30,095 bases of DNA from Polyangiaceae bacterium (lineage in GTDB: Bacteria > Myxococcota_A > Polyangia > Polyangiales > Polyangiaceae): positions 1 through 30,095 of the forward strand of contig JAPSGB010000052.1 of the NCBI GenBank assembly GCA_035063585.1, written 5' to 3'. Positions 8,196-16,766 of the stretch are shown piece by piece (the stretch's first letter is position 1; each line of letters opens with the position of its first letter). The notes below the pieces were generated by a model. It worked only from the letters and a program-made list of their open reading frames with translations, was not told the DNA's origin and did no database searches. The position numbers were made by a program, and so were the translations under genes.

Positions 8196-9146
8196 TCAGC
8201 GGCAGACGCTATTGATGCAGGCCTGGCCCGCCGCGCAGACATGCCCGCAGCCACCGCAGTTGTCGCGGTCGAAGCGCAGATCGAAGCAGCCGGCGGGCTC
8301 GACGCAGCACACCTGGCCGTTCTCGCACGCGCGCCCGCCGTTGCAGGCGCAGCGGCTCGAGCCCTGGCGCATTTGGCAGGTCTCGCCGACCGCGCACCTG
8401 CGGCTCCCGCACATGCACTGCGCGGCGACGCAGGTTCCGGTCGCGGTGCCGTCGCCGCACTGATCGTCAGCCGTGCAGCCGCACCAGGGGAGCGAGCCGG
8501 ACAGCGCGCCGCACTCGAGGCCGCCCGCGTTGCCCTGCCGTGAGCAGTCGTTGCCGCAGCCGCCGCAGTCGGTCCGCTCCAACCACGAGGTGCAGGTTCC
8601 TCCGCAGAGGTTCTCGTCGAAGTTGCAGGCCGCGCCGCCGGCTCCGCCCGAGCCGCTCGCACCGCTCGCGCCGCCGGTTCCGCCCGAGCCGCTGGTTCCA
8701 CCCGAGCCGCTGGTTCCACCCGAGCCGCTGGTTCCACCCGAGCCGCTCGCGCCACTCGCACCGCCGGTTCCGCCCGAGCCGCCGGTTCCACCCGAGCCGC
8801 TGGTTCCGCCCGAGCCGCTCGCGCCACTCGCGCCGCCGGTTCCACCCGAGCCGCTCGCGCCGCCCGAGCCGCCGGTTCCGCCCGAGCCGCTCGCGCCACT
8901 CGCGCCGCTGGTTCCGCCCGAGCCGCTCGCGCCGCCCGAGCCGCCGGTTCCGCCCGAGCCGCTCGCGCCACTCGCGCCGCTGGTTCCGCCCGAGCCGCTC
9001 GCCCCGCCGGTGTTGCCGGTGCTCCCGCTCGCGGCGGCCGCGCCGCTGCCGGTGAACGAGTAGGCGCCGTAGTCGTTGGTGCAGCCGAGCGTCGCGACGA
9101 GCGTGAGCGCCGCGACGGCGCTGAGTGAGCAGGGTCGGGGCGTCAT
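8196..9146 (-). CDS. Cys-rich lipoprotein with long Gly/Ser/Thr linker
   Basis: Lipobox TLGC; ~135-aa GASGSGGT linker; C-terminal DCGGCGNDC and DRDNCGGCGHVC modules typical of myxobacterial Cys-rich proteins. Confidence 0.85.
   Translation of the reverse strand: MTPRPCSLSAVAALTLVATLGCTNDYGAYSFTGSGAAAASGSTGNTGGASGSGGTSGASGASGSGGTGGSGGASGSGGTSGASGASGSGGTGGSGGASGSGGTGGASGASGSGGTSGSGGTGGSGGTGGASGASGSGGTSGSGGTSGSGGTSGSGGTGGASGASGSGGAGGAACNFDENLCGGTCTSWLERTDCGGCGNDCSRQGNAGGLECGALSGSLPWCGCTADDQCGDGTATGTCVAAQCMCGSRRCAVGETCQMRQGSSRCACNGGRACENGQVCCVEPAGCFDLRFDRDNCGGCGHVCAAGQACINSVCR
8636..9012. repeat. Degenerate coding tandem repeat built from 9/18-bp units (Gly-Ser-Thr-Ala linker)
   Basis: Recurrent CCCGAGCCGC and GGTTCC(G/A)CCC units. 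Confidence 0.9.
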
Positions 9147-9147
9147 C

Positions 9148-10170
9148 TCAAAACCTCCCGGAGACGGTGACCGATCGGGGTCCGAGGTTCACGTTCGGGA
9201 CCCGGCTCCAAGCGTGCTGCTCCTTCGCATCGCCGCGGCTCAGCAAGTAGAGCACGACGCCGCTGCCGAGCCCAACCACTCCCACCGCGAGCCCGACGTT
9301 GGCGACCGTCTGGTAAGTGCGCCCCGTGTCGGCGAGCTCCTGAGCGCTGCTCGGGCACACGTTGCCGGTGCAGGCCGCCTCGAGGTCGCTATGCTTTGCG
9401 TTGTTCATCGCTCCGAAGATCGCGAACGTCGCGACGCCCGCGACGCCGACGCCCCCGGCGATGTACGCGAGCGTGCGCTTGTCGAGGCTGCTCTTCGCGG
9501 AGGCGTCGAGGTTCGACTCGGCTTGCGGAGGCGGTGCCTCCGCAGGCGTCGCGGCCGCGGTCGACAGCTCCACCGCCGGCGAGCTGCCGGCCGTCACGGT
9601 GATGGTCTTGGTGATGGGCGCGCCGCTCGCGCGCCTCAGCGCGACGGTCACCGTGCCGGGCATCACCGGTACGGGCTCGGCCCAGCCCTCGCGCGGGAGC
9701 ACCCGCCCGCCGACCTCGAGCGTGTCATCCCGACCGGCGCCGGTGACGCTCACCCGCAGCAGCCCGAGCTTCTCCTCGAGGCTCGCGCGCTCGGCGGTCG
9801 CCGCCTCCGCCGCCTGCGCGTAGCTCGCCTCCGTTCCGGTCGCCGCGGTCGCTTCCGCGATGGTCTCTCGGTAGGCGAGGTACGCCTCGTCGAAGCGGCC
9901 GAGCTCGGCGAGCGTACGCGCGATGAGGAGGTGTGAGTTGGGGCTCGCGACCGACCCGTACGAGGCCTGATACTCCGCGAGCGCCTTCTCCTTGTCGCCC
10001 GACTCCGCCGCCTTCATGCCGGCCTTGAAGCGCGCCTGCGCTTCCTTCTTCTGCGCCGCGGTGGCCTGGTTCACCGGCGCGCCGGCTGCGCTCGCGACCG
10101 CGGGCGCAGCCGCCAGCGCGAGCAGCGTGAGGAGCGCGCCGCTTCGGCGCAGAAGGGGGGTCATTTCCAT
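9148..10170 (-). CDS. Exported TPR + PEGA-like protein with C-terminal hydrophobic helices
   Basis: Signal peptide; TPR-like helices (ALAEYQASY, LLIARTLAELGRFDEAY); beta-rich PEGA-like region; two Gly-rich hydrophobic segments; terminal SVTVSGRF. Confidence 0.8.
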   Translation of the reverse strand: MEMTPLLRRSGALLTLLALAAAPAVASAAGAPVNQATAAQKKEAQARFKAGMKAAESGDKEKALAEYQASYGSVASPNSHLLIARTLAELGRFDEAYLAYRETIAEATAATGTEASYAQAAEAATAERASLEEKLGLLRVSVTGAGRDDTLEVGGRVLPREGWAEPVPVMPGTVTVALRRASGAPITKTITVTAGSSPAVELSTAAATPAEAPPPQAESNLDASAKSSLDKRTLAYIAGGVGVAGVATFAIFGAMNNAKHSDLEAACTGNVCPSSAQELADTGRTYQTVANVGLAVGVVGLGSGVVLYLLSRGDAKEQHAWSRVPNVNLGPRSVTVSGRF

Positions 10171-10181
10171 TGCTCTCCCGA

Positions 10182-12353
10182 CTAGATCCCGCTCGGCACG
10201 AACTTGGGCTTGGGCTTCGGCTTGTGCGGAGCCTTCGCCGGTGGACTATATCGCGGCGCCGCCGCGGTCCGCGCGGGCGCCGGTGCCCCCGGCGCTGCCG
10301 CGACAGGCTCCGGAGCCGGCGCCGGCGCGTCCGGCGCGGGCGCGACGCTCTCGGCCGGCGCGGGCGCGGCGGGCGCGGCGCTCTCGGCCGGCGTAGGCGC
10401 GGCGCTCTCGGCCGGCGCAGGCGCGGCGGGCGAGCGCGAGGTGTCCGCCGGAGCCTCTGCGCTCTCGGCCGGCGCCGGCTCGCTCGCTGCGTCGGGCTCG
10501 CCGCTGCGTGAGGCCACCGCCGCCACCAGGACGAGCGCCGCGAGCCCGCCGACCACGCCGATCACCAGCGTTCGTAGGCGCTTCCGGCGCGCGTCGTCTC
10601 CGCGCGCGAACGACTCCAGCGCTGCTTCGGGCTCGGGCTCGTCGCGAGCCGGCGCGGCGCGCGGCGCGGGCTCGTCGCGAGCCGGCGCGGCGCGCGGCTC
10701 GGGCTCGGGCGTCAGCTCCGGGACGAGCGCGTCGCTCTCGAGGCTGACGGGCGCGTCGGCCATGAGCGCGTCGCTCTCGAGGCTGACGGGCGCGTCGACC
10801 ATGAGCGCGTCGCTCTCGAGGCTGACCGGCGCGTCGGCAATGAGCGCGTCGCTCTCGAGGCTGACGGGCGCGTCGACCATGAGCGCGTCGCTCTCGAGGC
10901 TGACGGGCGCGTCGGCCATGAGCGCGTCGCTCTCGAGGCTGACCGGCGGCTCGTCCGCCGCTTCCGTCTCCGCGCCCCCGGGCGCGCCGCTCGTCGCCGC
11001 CGGTAAGACCGGCGCCGCAGGCGGCGTAGGCTCCGGCACCCTGAGCGTCACCGGCGGCTCGCTCCGCCGCCCGCGAGAGAGCAGCTCTGCGCTCGGCGCG
11101 TCGGGGAGCGTCACCTCGTCGAGCGCCGCGTCCTCGCGCGGCAGGATCGGCGCTTCCTCGACGATGACCTCTCGCGTCACCGTCACCGGGATCGACTCCG
11201 GCGCCGCGTCGTCCAAGATGTCTGGCTGGATCGAGTCTGCCTTGGTTCGTGGCGGCGCGGCCGGCGGCGCGATCCCGAGGAGCGTCGGCTGCGCCGCAGG
11301 CCGCCGCCGGAGCGGCGGTGGCGCGGCGGGCGGCGCGAGCCTCGACGCCGCCACCGCGGGCGCGCCCGGCGTCTTCGCCGCGCCCGCCTTACGCTCGAGC
11401 TGGCGCCGTCGCATCGTGAGCTGCGTGCCGGCGAGCTCCTCGACGAAGCTCGCGAGCTCTTCGGGCGGCGCGACCGCGTCGGGACCGAGCGCGCCGAGCG
11501 CCGCGAGCATCGCCGCCGCGCCATCGTAGCGCCGCGCCGGCTCGCGCTCGAGCGCCTGGGCGACGAGCGTCGCGACCGGAGCTGGCACCGGCTCACCGCC
11601 GATCGGCTTCGAGGCGTCCGCGCGCGGGATGTCGAGCCCGCGCACGCGCTCGGCGACCGCGTTGAAGTTCGCACCGACGAACAGCCGCTTGCCGGTGAGC
11701 ATCTCCCAGAGCATCGCGCCGGCGCTGAACGTGTCCGCGCGACGGTCGACGGCTCCGCCGTCGAGCAGCTCCGGCGCCGCGTAGGCGGCCATCTCCGGGT
11801 GCCGCGCGATCGACTCGACCTGCGCGAGGATCCCCGCGACGCCGAGATCGAGGAGCCGCGTCACGCCGTCCACACCGATGAGCACGCTGTCCGGCACGAG
11901 CCCCCCGAACGCGCTGCCGCCGTCGAGCGCCGCCCGATTCTCGTCGGACTCCGCGAACGCCACCGCCTCGAGCAGGTCCGCGCCGATTCGCAGCGCGAGC
12001 CGCGCGGGTAGCGGCTTGCGCTTGAAGGACGCGAGCCTGAGGAGCGAGCGCAGCGTCTCGCCCTCGACGTGCTCGTGGACCACGCCGAGCTCGCCGTCGG
12101 TCGCGACCACGTCGGTGACGCGCGCGAGGTGAGGGTGCGCCTGTTCCATCGCCCAAAAGCCCGCCTCGGACAGCCGCCCGATCACCGCCTCGGTGAGCCC
12201 CGAGCGCGGGATGCGGCGCACGCACGCGAGCGTGTCCCCGCTCCGAGCCGCCCAGAGCGCCCCGAGCTGGCTCTTCGTGATCTCGAGCACGAGCTCGTAG
12301 CGCCCGAGCTCGTGCCCCGAGATCATCCCCTTCCGCGCAAGTTCGCCCGTCAA
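10182..12353 (-). CDS. Membrane-anchored Ser/Thr kinase-like protein (probable pseudokinase)
   Basis: Kinase fold remnants (LGRYEL, HEHVEGETL, YAAPE, DRRADTFSAG, WEMLTG) but no HRD or VAIK Lys; one TM helix; Pro/Ala-rich tail. Start may be 12326. Confidence 0.85.
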   Translation of the reverse strand: MTGELARKGMISGHELGRYELVLEITKSQLGALWAARSGDTLACVRRIPRSGLTEAVIGRLSEAGFWAMEQAHPHLARVTDVVATDGELGVVHEHVEGETLRSLLRLASFKRKPLPARLALRIGADLLEAVAFAESDENRAALDGGSAFGGLVPDSVLIGVDGVTRLLDLGVAGILAQVESIARHPEMAAYAAPELLDGGAVDRRADTFSAGAMLWEMLTGKRLFVGANFNAVAERVRGLDIPRADASKPIGGEPVPAPVATLVAQALEREPARRYDGAAAMLAALGALGPDAVAPPEELASFVEELAGTQLTMRRRQLERKAGAAKTPGAPAVAASRLAPPAAPPPLRRRPAAQPTLLGIAPPAAPPRTKADSIQPDILDDAAPESIPVTVTREVIVEEAPILPREDAALDEVTLPDAPSAELLSRGRRSEPPVTLRVPEPTPPAAPVLPAATSGAPGGAETEAADEPPVSLESDALMADAPVSLESDALMVDAPVSLESDALIADAPVSLESDALMVDAPVSLESDALMADAPVSLESDALVPELTPEPEPRAAPARDEPAPRAAPARDEPEPEAALESFARGDDARRKRLRTLVIGVVGGLAALVLVAAVASRSGEPDAASEPAPAESAEAPADTSRSPAAPAPAESAAPTPAESAAPAAPAPAESVAPAPDAPAPAPEPVAAAPGAPAPARTAAAPRYSPPAKAPHKPKPKPKFVPSGI
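10725..10947. repeat. 39-bp coding tandem repeat, 6 copies (PVSLESDAL[MI][AV]DA)
   Basis: Units begin at 10725, 10764, 10803, 10842, 10881 and 10920. Confidence 0.95.
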
Positions 12354-12454
12354 ATGTCCCTACTACCGACGACTCTACGCCAAAACCTAGCCAATTCGCG
12401 AGTTCGACGCGACGCGCCCGCCATCGCCACCCTGCTCGCTCGCTCGGGAAGGGG

Positions 12455-12511
12455 TGCCGGTCCGGCGCGGAACCGCGCCGAACGGGCCGCCCGGACTCGC
12501 GCCGGACCGAC
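12455..12511. repeat. Dispersed intergenic motif, copy 3 (12455-12478) and inverted partial copy 4 (12498-12511)
   Basis: TGCCGGTCCGGCGCGGAACCGCGC followed by CGCGCCGGACCGAC, the reverse complement of the motif core, between divergent genes. Confidence 0.75.
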
Positions 12512-12606
12512 CACCCACTCCCCCTCGAGATCCGCTCGCGCGCGGTCGTGATGGCGGGCGCGGAGGCGGTTGTCGCGGTGTGCGAAAAGGGGTACCTGAC
12601 CGCGTC

Positions 12607-13662
12607 ATGAAACGACATTTCCTCACCGCTATCGCCCTCGCTCCTCTCGCCGTCGCCTGCGGAAGCGCGCCGCCGCCCGAGCCGGTCGAGCCGGCGCCGG
12701 CCCCCGCGCCAGTGGTCACCGAGGCGCCCGCGCCCCCGCCCGCGCCGGAGCCGACCGAGGAGGAGAAGAAGAAGGCCGCCGACCTGAAGCAGCTCGAGGG
12801 CGAGCGCGCGGCGTGGCAGGCGGCTCTCGAGAAGGAGCGCGCCCGCTGGACGCCCGAGCTTCGCGCCGAGGCGACTGCGCTCGCGAGCAAGGACTACCCG
12901 ACCGGCAAGGCGGCCATCACTGCGGCCATGGCGGGCAAGCACCGCAAGCCGGGCAACGCCGACCGCGACAAGTACCGCCACCCGCTCGAGACGCTCGAGC
13001 TCTTCGGGTTCAAGCCGAACATGACCGTGCTCGACATCGGCCCGGGTGACGGCTGGTACACCGAGCTCCTCGCGCCCGCGCTCGCGAAGAAGGGGAAGTA
13101 CCTCGCTACCAACGGCGATCCGAACGGGCCGCTCGAGGTGCGAAGCACCTTCTACGCGCAGCGCTTCAAGGGCTTCGTCGACACGTCCTCCGAGGCGTAC
13201 GGCAAGGTCGAGACGCTCCTCGTCGACTCGAAGGCGCCGAAGCTCGACCTCGAGGGCAAGCTCGACCTCGCCATGATCATGCGCGGCGTGCACGGCATGG
13301 TCGGGGCGGGCACCTTCGGCACCTGGCTCGGCGAGATCCACGAGGCGCTCAAGCCGACCGGGGTGCTCGGCATCGAGGAGCACCGCGCCGCGGAGGGGGC
13401 CGATCCGGTGGCGAGCGCGAAGCAGGGCTACGTCCCGGAGAAGTGGCTCATCGAGCAGGTCGAGGCGGCCGGGTTCAAGCTGAAGAAGAAGTCCGAGATC
13501 AACGCGAACCCGAAGGACACCAAGGACTACCCGGATGGCGTGTGGGATCTGCCTCCCACGCTCCGGCGCGGCGACACCGACAAGGACAAGTACCTCGCCA
13601 TCGGTGAGAGCGATCGCATGACGCTCGTCTTCGTGAAGGCGCCCGCGGCGAAGAAGAAGTGA
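12607..13662 (+). CDS. Lipoprotein class I SAM-dependent methyltransferase (COG4798-like)
   Basis: MKRHF...LAVAC lipobox; RDKYRHPLETL, VLDIGPGDGWYT, SEINANPKD, GVWDLPP and IGESDRMTL motifs. Confidence 0.87.
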   Translation: MKRHFLTAIALAPLAVACGSAPPPEPVEPAPAPAPVVTEAPAPPPAPEPTEEEKKKAADLKQLEGERAAWQAALEKERARWTPELRAEATALASKDYPTGKAAITAAMAGKHRKPGNADRDKYRHPLETLELFGFKPNMTVLDIGPGDGWYTELLAPALAKKGKYLATNGDPNGPLEVRSTFYAQRFKGFVDTSSEAYGKVETLLVDSKAPKLDLEGKLDLAMIMRGVHGMVGAGTFGTWLGEIHEALKPTGVLGIEEHRAAEGADPVASAKQGYVPEKWLIEQVEAAGFKLKKKSEINANPKDTKDYPDGVWDLPPTLRRGDTDKDKYLAIGESDRMTLVFVKAPAAKKK

Positions 13663-13669
13663 GCTCGGG

Positions 13670-13702
13670 GGCGCGGGCGCGGCGATCGGTCGCGCCCGCG
13701 CC
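13670..13702. terminator. GC-rich hairpin between convergent genes; possible terminator
   Basis: GGCGCGGGCGCG...CGCGCCCGCGCC 12-bp stem just after the stop at 13662; no U-tract. Confidence 0.45.
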
Positions 13703-13749
13703 GCTCGACGTGCGCGGGCCGCGGCGGATCCCCGGCCTCGCGCGGCCGG

Positions 13750-15222
13750 CTAGAGGTCGGCGCACACCTGAGGGAAGCACTGGTAGTCACCGTGCTCGAT
13801 GGCGCACGTGAGCCCCGCCGCGCAGTCGAAGAGGCAGGACTCGCCCAGGCTGGGCAAGGGGGCGCACACGAAGCGGTTGCCCGTGGACGGCACGCAGGTG
13901 GAGCCGGCCCGGCACTCGCTACCGTAGACGCAGGGCTGCCCATCGCTTACCCGGGGAGCGCAGCGCCCTTCGCCGAGGTCGCAGTAGGCGTCGCCCTTAC
14001 AGATGGAGTCGTTGTCGCAAGCCCCGCCCTCGTCGCGAAGCGGCCGACATCGGCTCTCCGACGCCTCGAAGGCGCAGCCTAGACCCGGCGCGCAGCGCAG
14101 TCCGTAGGCGCAGGGTTCGCCTTCCGTCGGGACGCGGCCGCAGGTCCCCGCCAAGCAGGCGAGGCCCTCGGCGCATCGGTCGGGACCGCCGGGCCCGAGC
14201 GCGCAGGCCTCGCCGCTGCCGGGCGGCGTGACGCACAGAGAGGTATTCATGGAACAGGCGAGGCCCTCGGCGCACACCACGCCGTCACCGCACGGCTTGC
14301 CGAGGCCCGGCGGGGCCGTGCAGCGCATCGTCGACGGCTCGCAGTAGAGCGATTCGGCGCAGCTCTCCGCCGTGCAAGGAGCTCCCAAGGCGCTCCGGCT
14401 GACGCATCGGGTGCTGGCGGGGGCACCGCACACCGACTCGACGCCACACACCTCGCGCTCGCCCGGCTCGGTGCAGGAGCGCGGGTCGCCGGCGACGCAC
14501 ACGCCGCCCTGACAGAGGCTGGCGCCGCCGCATGGGGTGGCCTCGGAGCAGGCCTCGCCCAGCCCAGCCATGGGCGCGCACGTGCCGTTGAGGCAGCGTA
14601 GATGTGGCGCGCACTGATCGCTGCGCTCGCACGACTCGCCCTCGCCCCGCGGCCCCGTCACGCAGCGGCCCTCGACGCACACGAGCCCGACCTGGCAGTC
14701 GACCCTCTGCTCGCAGCGCTCGCCCTCGGCCGCGACGAGCGTGCACCTGCCTTCGAGGCAGCTGGCACGGCCGTCGGCGCACGGCATCTCGTCGCCCTCG
14801 CAGGCCGCGCCGAGGGTCGCGGTGAGGCGGACGGCCGGGCCGCACGCCGACACCAGGCGATCCGCCCCGAGCTCGCCGCAGTCGACGGCCTCGAGGTCGA
14901 GCACGGCCATGCAGGCTTCGACCCGGTCGGTCACGAGCCGAGCGCCGCCGCCGGAAGGTGCCGCACGGCGCAGGCAGGAGTCCGTCGCCCGGGCGACGCA
15001 GTCGTCGCGCTCCTCGGTCGGAGGGCAACCGCACGCCTCGGAGAAGCCACAACGGTAACGGGCCTGCGCCTCGCACAGGGTCTCCACCGTCACCGGCGAA
15101 GTCCCGCCGTGGCCGGAGGGCGCTTCGGTCGACCCGCAGCCCCAAAGGGCCGCCAGCAAGCTGGCTGACGAGAGCGCGAGCGCGGATAGGACTCGACGAG
15201 GGACGCTACGCTTCTGGCTCAT
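13750..15222 (-). CDS. Cys-rich repeat lipoprotein
   Basis: Lipobox LWGC; about ten G-x-x-C...C..GL.C..G.C modules. Confidence 0.82.
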   Translation of the reverse strand: MSQKRSVPRRVLSALALSSASLLAALWGCGSTEAPSGHGGTSPVTVETLCEAQARYRCGFSEACGCPPTEERDDCVARATDSCLRRAAPSGGGARLVTDRVEACMAVLDLEAVDCGELGADRLVSACGPAVRLTATLGAACEGDEMPCADGRASCLEGRCTLVAAEGERCEQRVDCQVGLVCVEGRCVTGPRGEGESCERSDQCAPHLRCLNGTCAPMAGLGEACSEATPCGGASLCQGGVCVAGDPRSCTEPGEREVCGVESVCGAPASTRCVSRSALGAPCTAESCAESLYCEPSTMRCTAPPGLGKPCGDGVVCAEGLACSMNTSLCVTPPGSGEACALGPGGPDRCAEGLACLAGTCGRVPTEGEPCAYGLRCAPGLGCAFEASESRCRPLRDEGGACDNDSICKGDAYCDLGEGRCAPRVSDGQPCVYGSECRAGSTCVPSTGNRFVCAPLPSLGESCLFDCAAGLTCAIEHGDYQCFPQVCADL

Positions 15223-15344
15223 GCGGTTCCTGGACGATGAGTAGCGCGCCCACGGCTATCACGACCTCGCTCGAGCCTCTACCGAGCGTCGCCGCCGCGG
15301 GATGAAGACGGCTTCCAGTCAGGGCTGGCGCGCTCGGGCTCGAT

Positions 15345-16766
15345 TCAGGACGACCGCGGGGCGTCGAGCGCGGGTGGCGCAGCGCTCGGCGGCCTCGATG
15401 GCTGGCGGAGCGCCCCGGCCGCCAGCAGGCAGAGCACCGGCGTGATGATCAGGTGATACCGATCATCGCCGAAGAACACCGCATGCACGAGCACCGTGCT
15501 CGCGATGAGGCCGAGCGCGAAACGACCTACCGGGCCTTGCTCCGGTCGCCCACCGAAGGGCAGCGCGGCGATGAGCGGGGCCGCGATGGCGAACCAGTAG
15601 AACGGGTGAGCGAGGCTCGTGAGCGCGTGCACGCCCGCCAGCAAGATGAGCGCGGCGAGCGTGAGCTGGGTTGCCCAGTCGACTCCGCGCGCGCGCTCAC
15701 GGCGGGGCGCCGCGACCACGCCGAGTGCCGCTGCGATCATGAGCAGGCGGTGGAAGAGCGTGAGCAGCCCTCGCCCCGCGGCCCGGCGCTCCTCGGGCCA
15801 CGCTGCCGGATTTGCCTCGCGCAGGTACTCGATCGCAAATGACTCGTGGTCGAACGTCTCACCGAGCTTCTTCGGGATCATGGCGAGCCAGCGCCCGGGG
15901 TTCGCGCGGATGAGGTCGCGGCCCACCTTGGCCCAGCAGCGATCCTGCTGGACCTGACCGGTCACCACTGGGCACCCGTCCGAGGCGCGGAGCGTGGTGA
16001 AGCGGCCGGTGGTGGTGATGGCGCCGATGGCGAGGTTCCAGCCGCCGTTGGTGGAGACCAACGCGCAGCCGTCCATGGTGCGGCAGTTCCGGAGCGACCA
16101 CGGCGTGACGACGAGGAGGGCCGTGACCGTCGCCACTGCCCCGGACAGCGCTGCGCGCCACACGGGCCGCGGCTGCGTGAGGGCGACGAGCGGCGCGGCG
16201 AGCAGCGATGACGGTCGCACCAGCACGGCCAGACCGAGCAGCGCCCCTGCGAGCACCGCCGCTCGCCACCGCCCGCGCCAGCGGAGCGCGGCGAGCGCGG
16301 CGCCGAGCACGAGCAGCGCCGCGAGCGGCTCGGTCATGACGACCGCCGAGTAGGCGATGAGCCCCGGGTGCAAGGCGGCGATGCCGCCCGCGACTCGCGC
16401 GCGCCCCGGCGAGAGGTAGTAGCGGGCGAGCCGGTGCACGATGATCACGGTGAGCGCGCCGGTGAGCGCGTTGACGATCGGCGCGACCAGGAGCCCTGAG
16501 CCGAACAGCCGGTAGAAGCAGGAGAGCATCCCGCTGTACCCCACCGGGTAGTGCGACCACGGCTTCCACACGAGGTGCCCGGCGATGGTCACGTCTTCCG
16601 AGTAACCGAGCCCGGCGGCGATGCGCTCCGCGCCGAAGTGATAGTAGTGACCGTCCCACACCGGCTCGCGCGCCCAGGCGATCGCGACGAACAGGCGGGG
16701 TAGGAGCGCCACCAGCCCGAGCGCGATGGTGAACGGCGCGTCCGACCCGCCGCCACGCCGCTTCAC
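15345..16766 (-). CDS. GT-C fold glycosyltransferase (ArnT/PMT_2-like, GT39/83)
   Basis: Multi-TM; WDGHYY, YPVGY, MTEPL, VRP, PWSLRN, STNGGWNL and DRYH motifs; GTG 16766 overlaps the upstream stop (GTGA). Confidence 0.8.
   Translation of the reverse strand: MKRRGGGSDAPFTIALGLVALLPRLFVAIAWAREPVWDGHYYHFGAERIAAGLGYSEDVTIAGHLVWKPWSHYPVGYSGMLSCFYRLFGSGLLVAPIVNALTGALTVIIVHRLARYYLSPGRARVAGGIAALHPGLIAYSAVVMTEPLAALLVLGAALAALRWRGRWRAAVLAGALLGLAVLVRPSSLLAAPLVALTQPRPVWRAALSGAVATVTALLVVTPWSLRNCRTMDGCALVSTNGGWNLAIGAITTTGRFTTLRASDGCPVVTGQVQQDRCWAKVGRDLIRANPGRWLAMIPKKLGETFDHESFAIEYLREANPAAWPEERRAAGRGLLTLFHRLLMIAAALGVVAAPRRERARGVDWATQLTLAALILLAGVHALTSLAHPFYWFAIAAPLIAALPFGGRPEQGPVGRFALGLIASTVLVHAVFFGDDRYHLIITPVLCLLAAGALRQPSRPPSAAPPALDAPRSS

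Noticed and set aside
10725..10947. 39-bp periodic array as CRISPR
   Set aside because: No unique spacers; it is an in-frame coding tandem repeat
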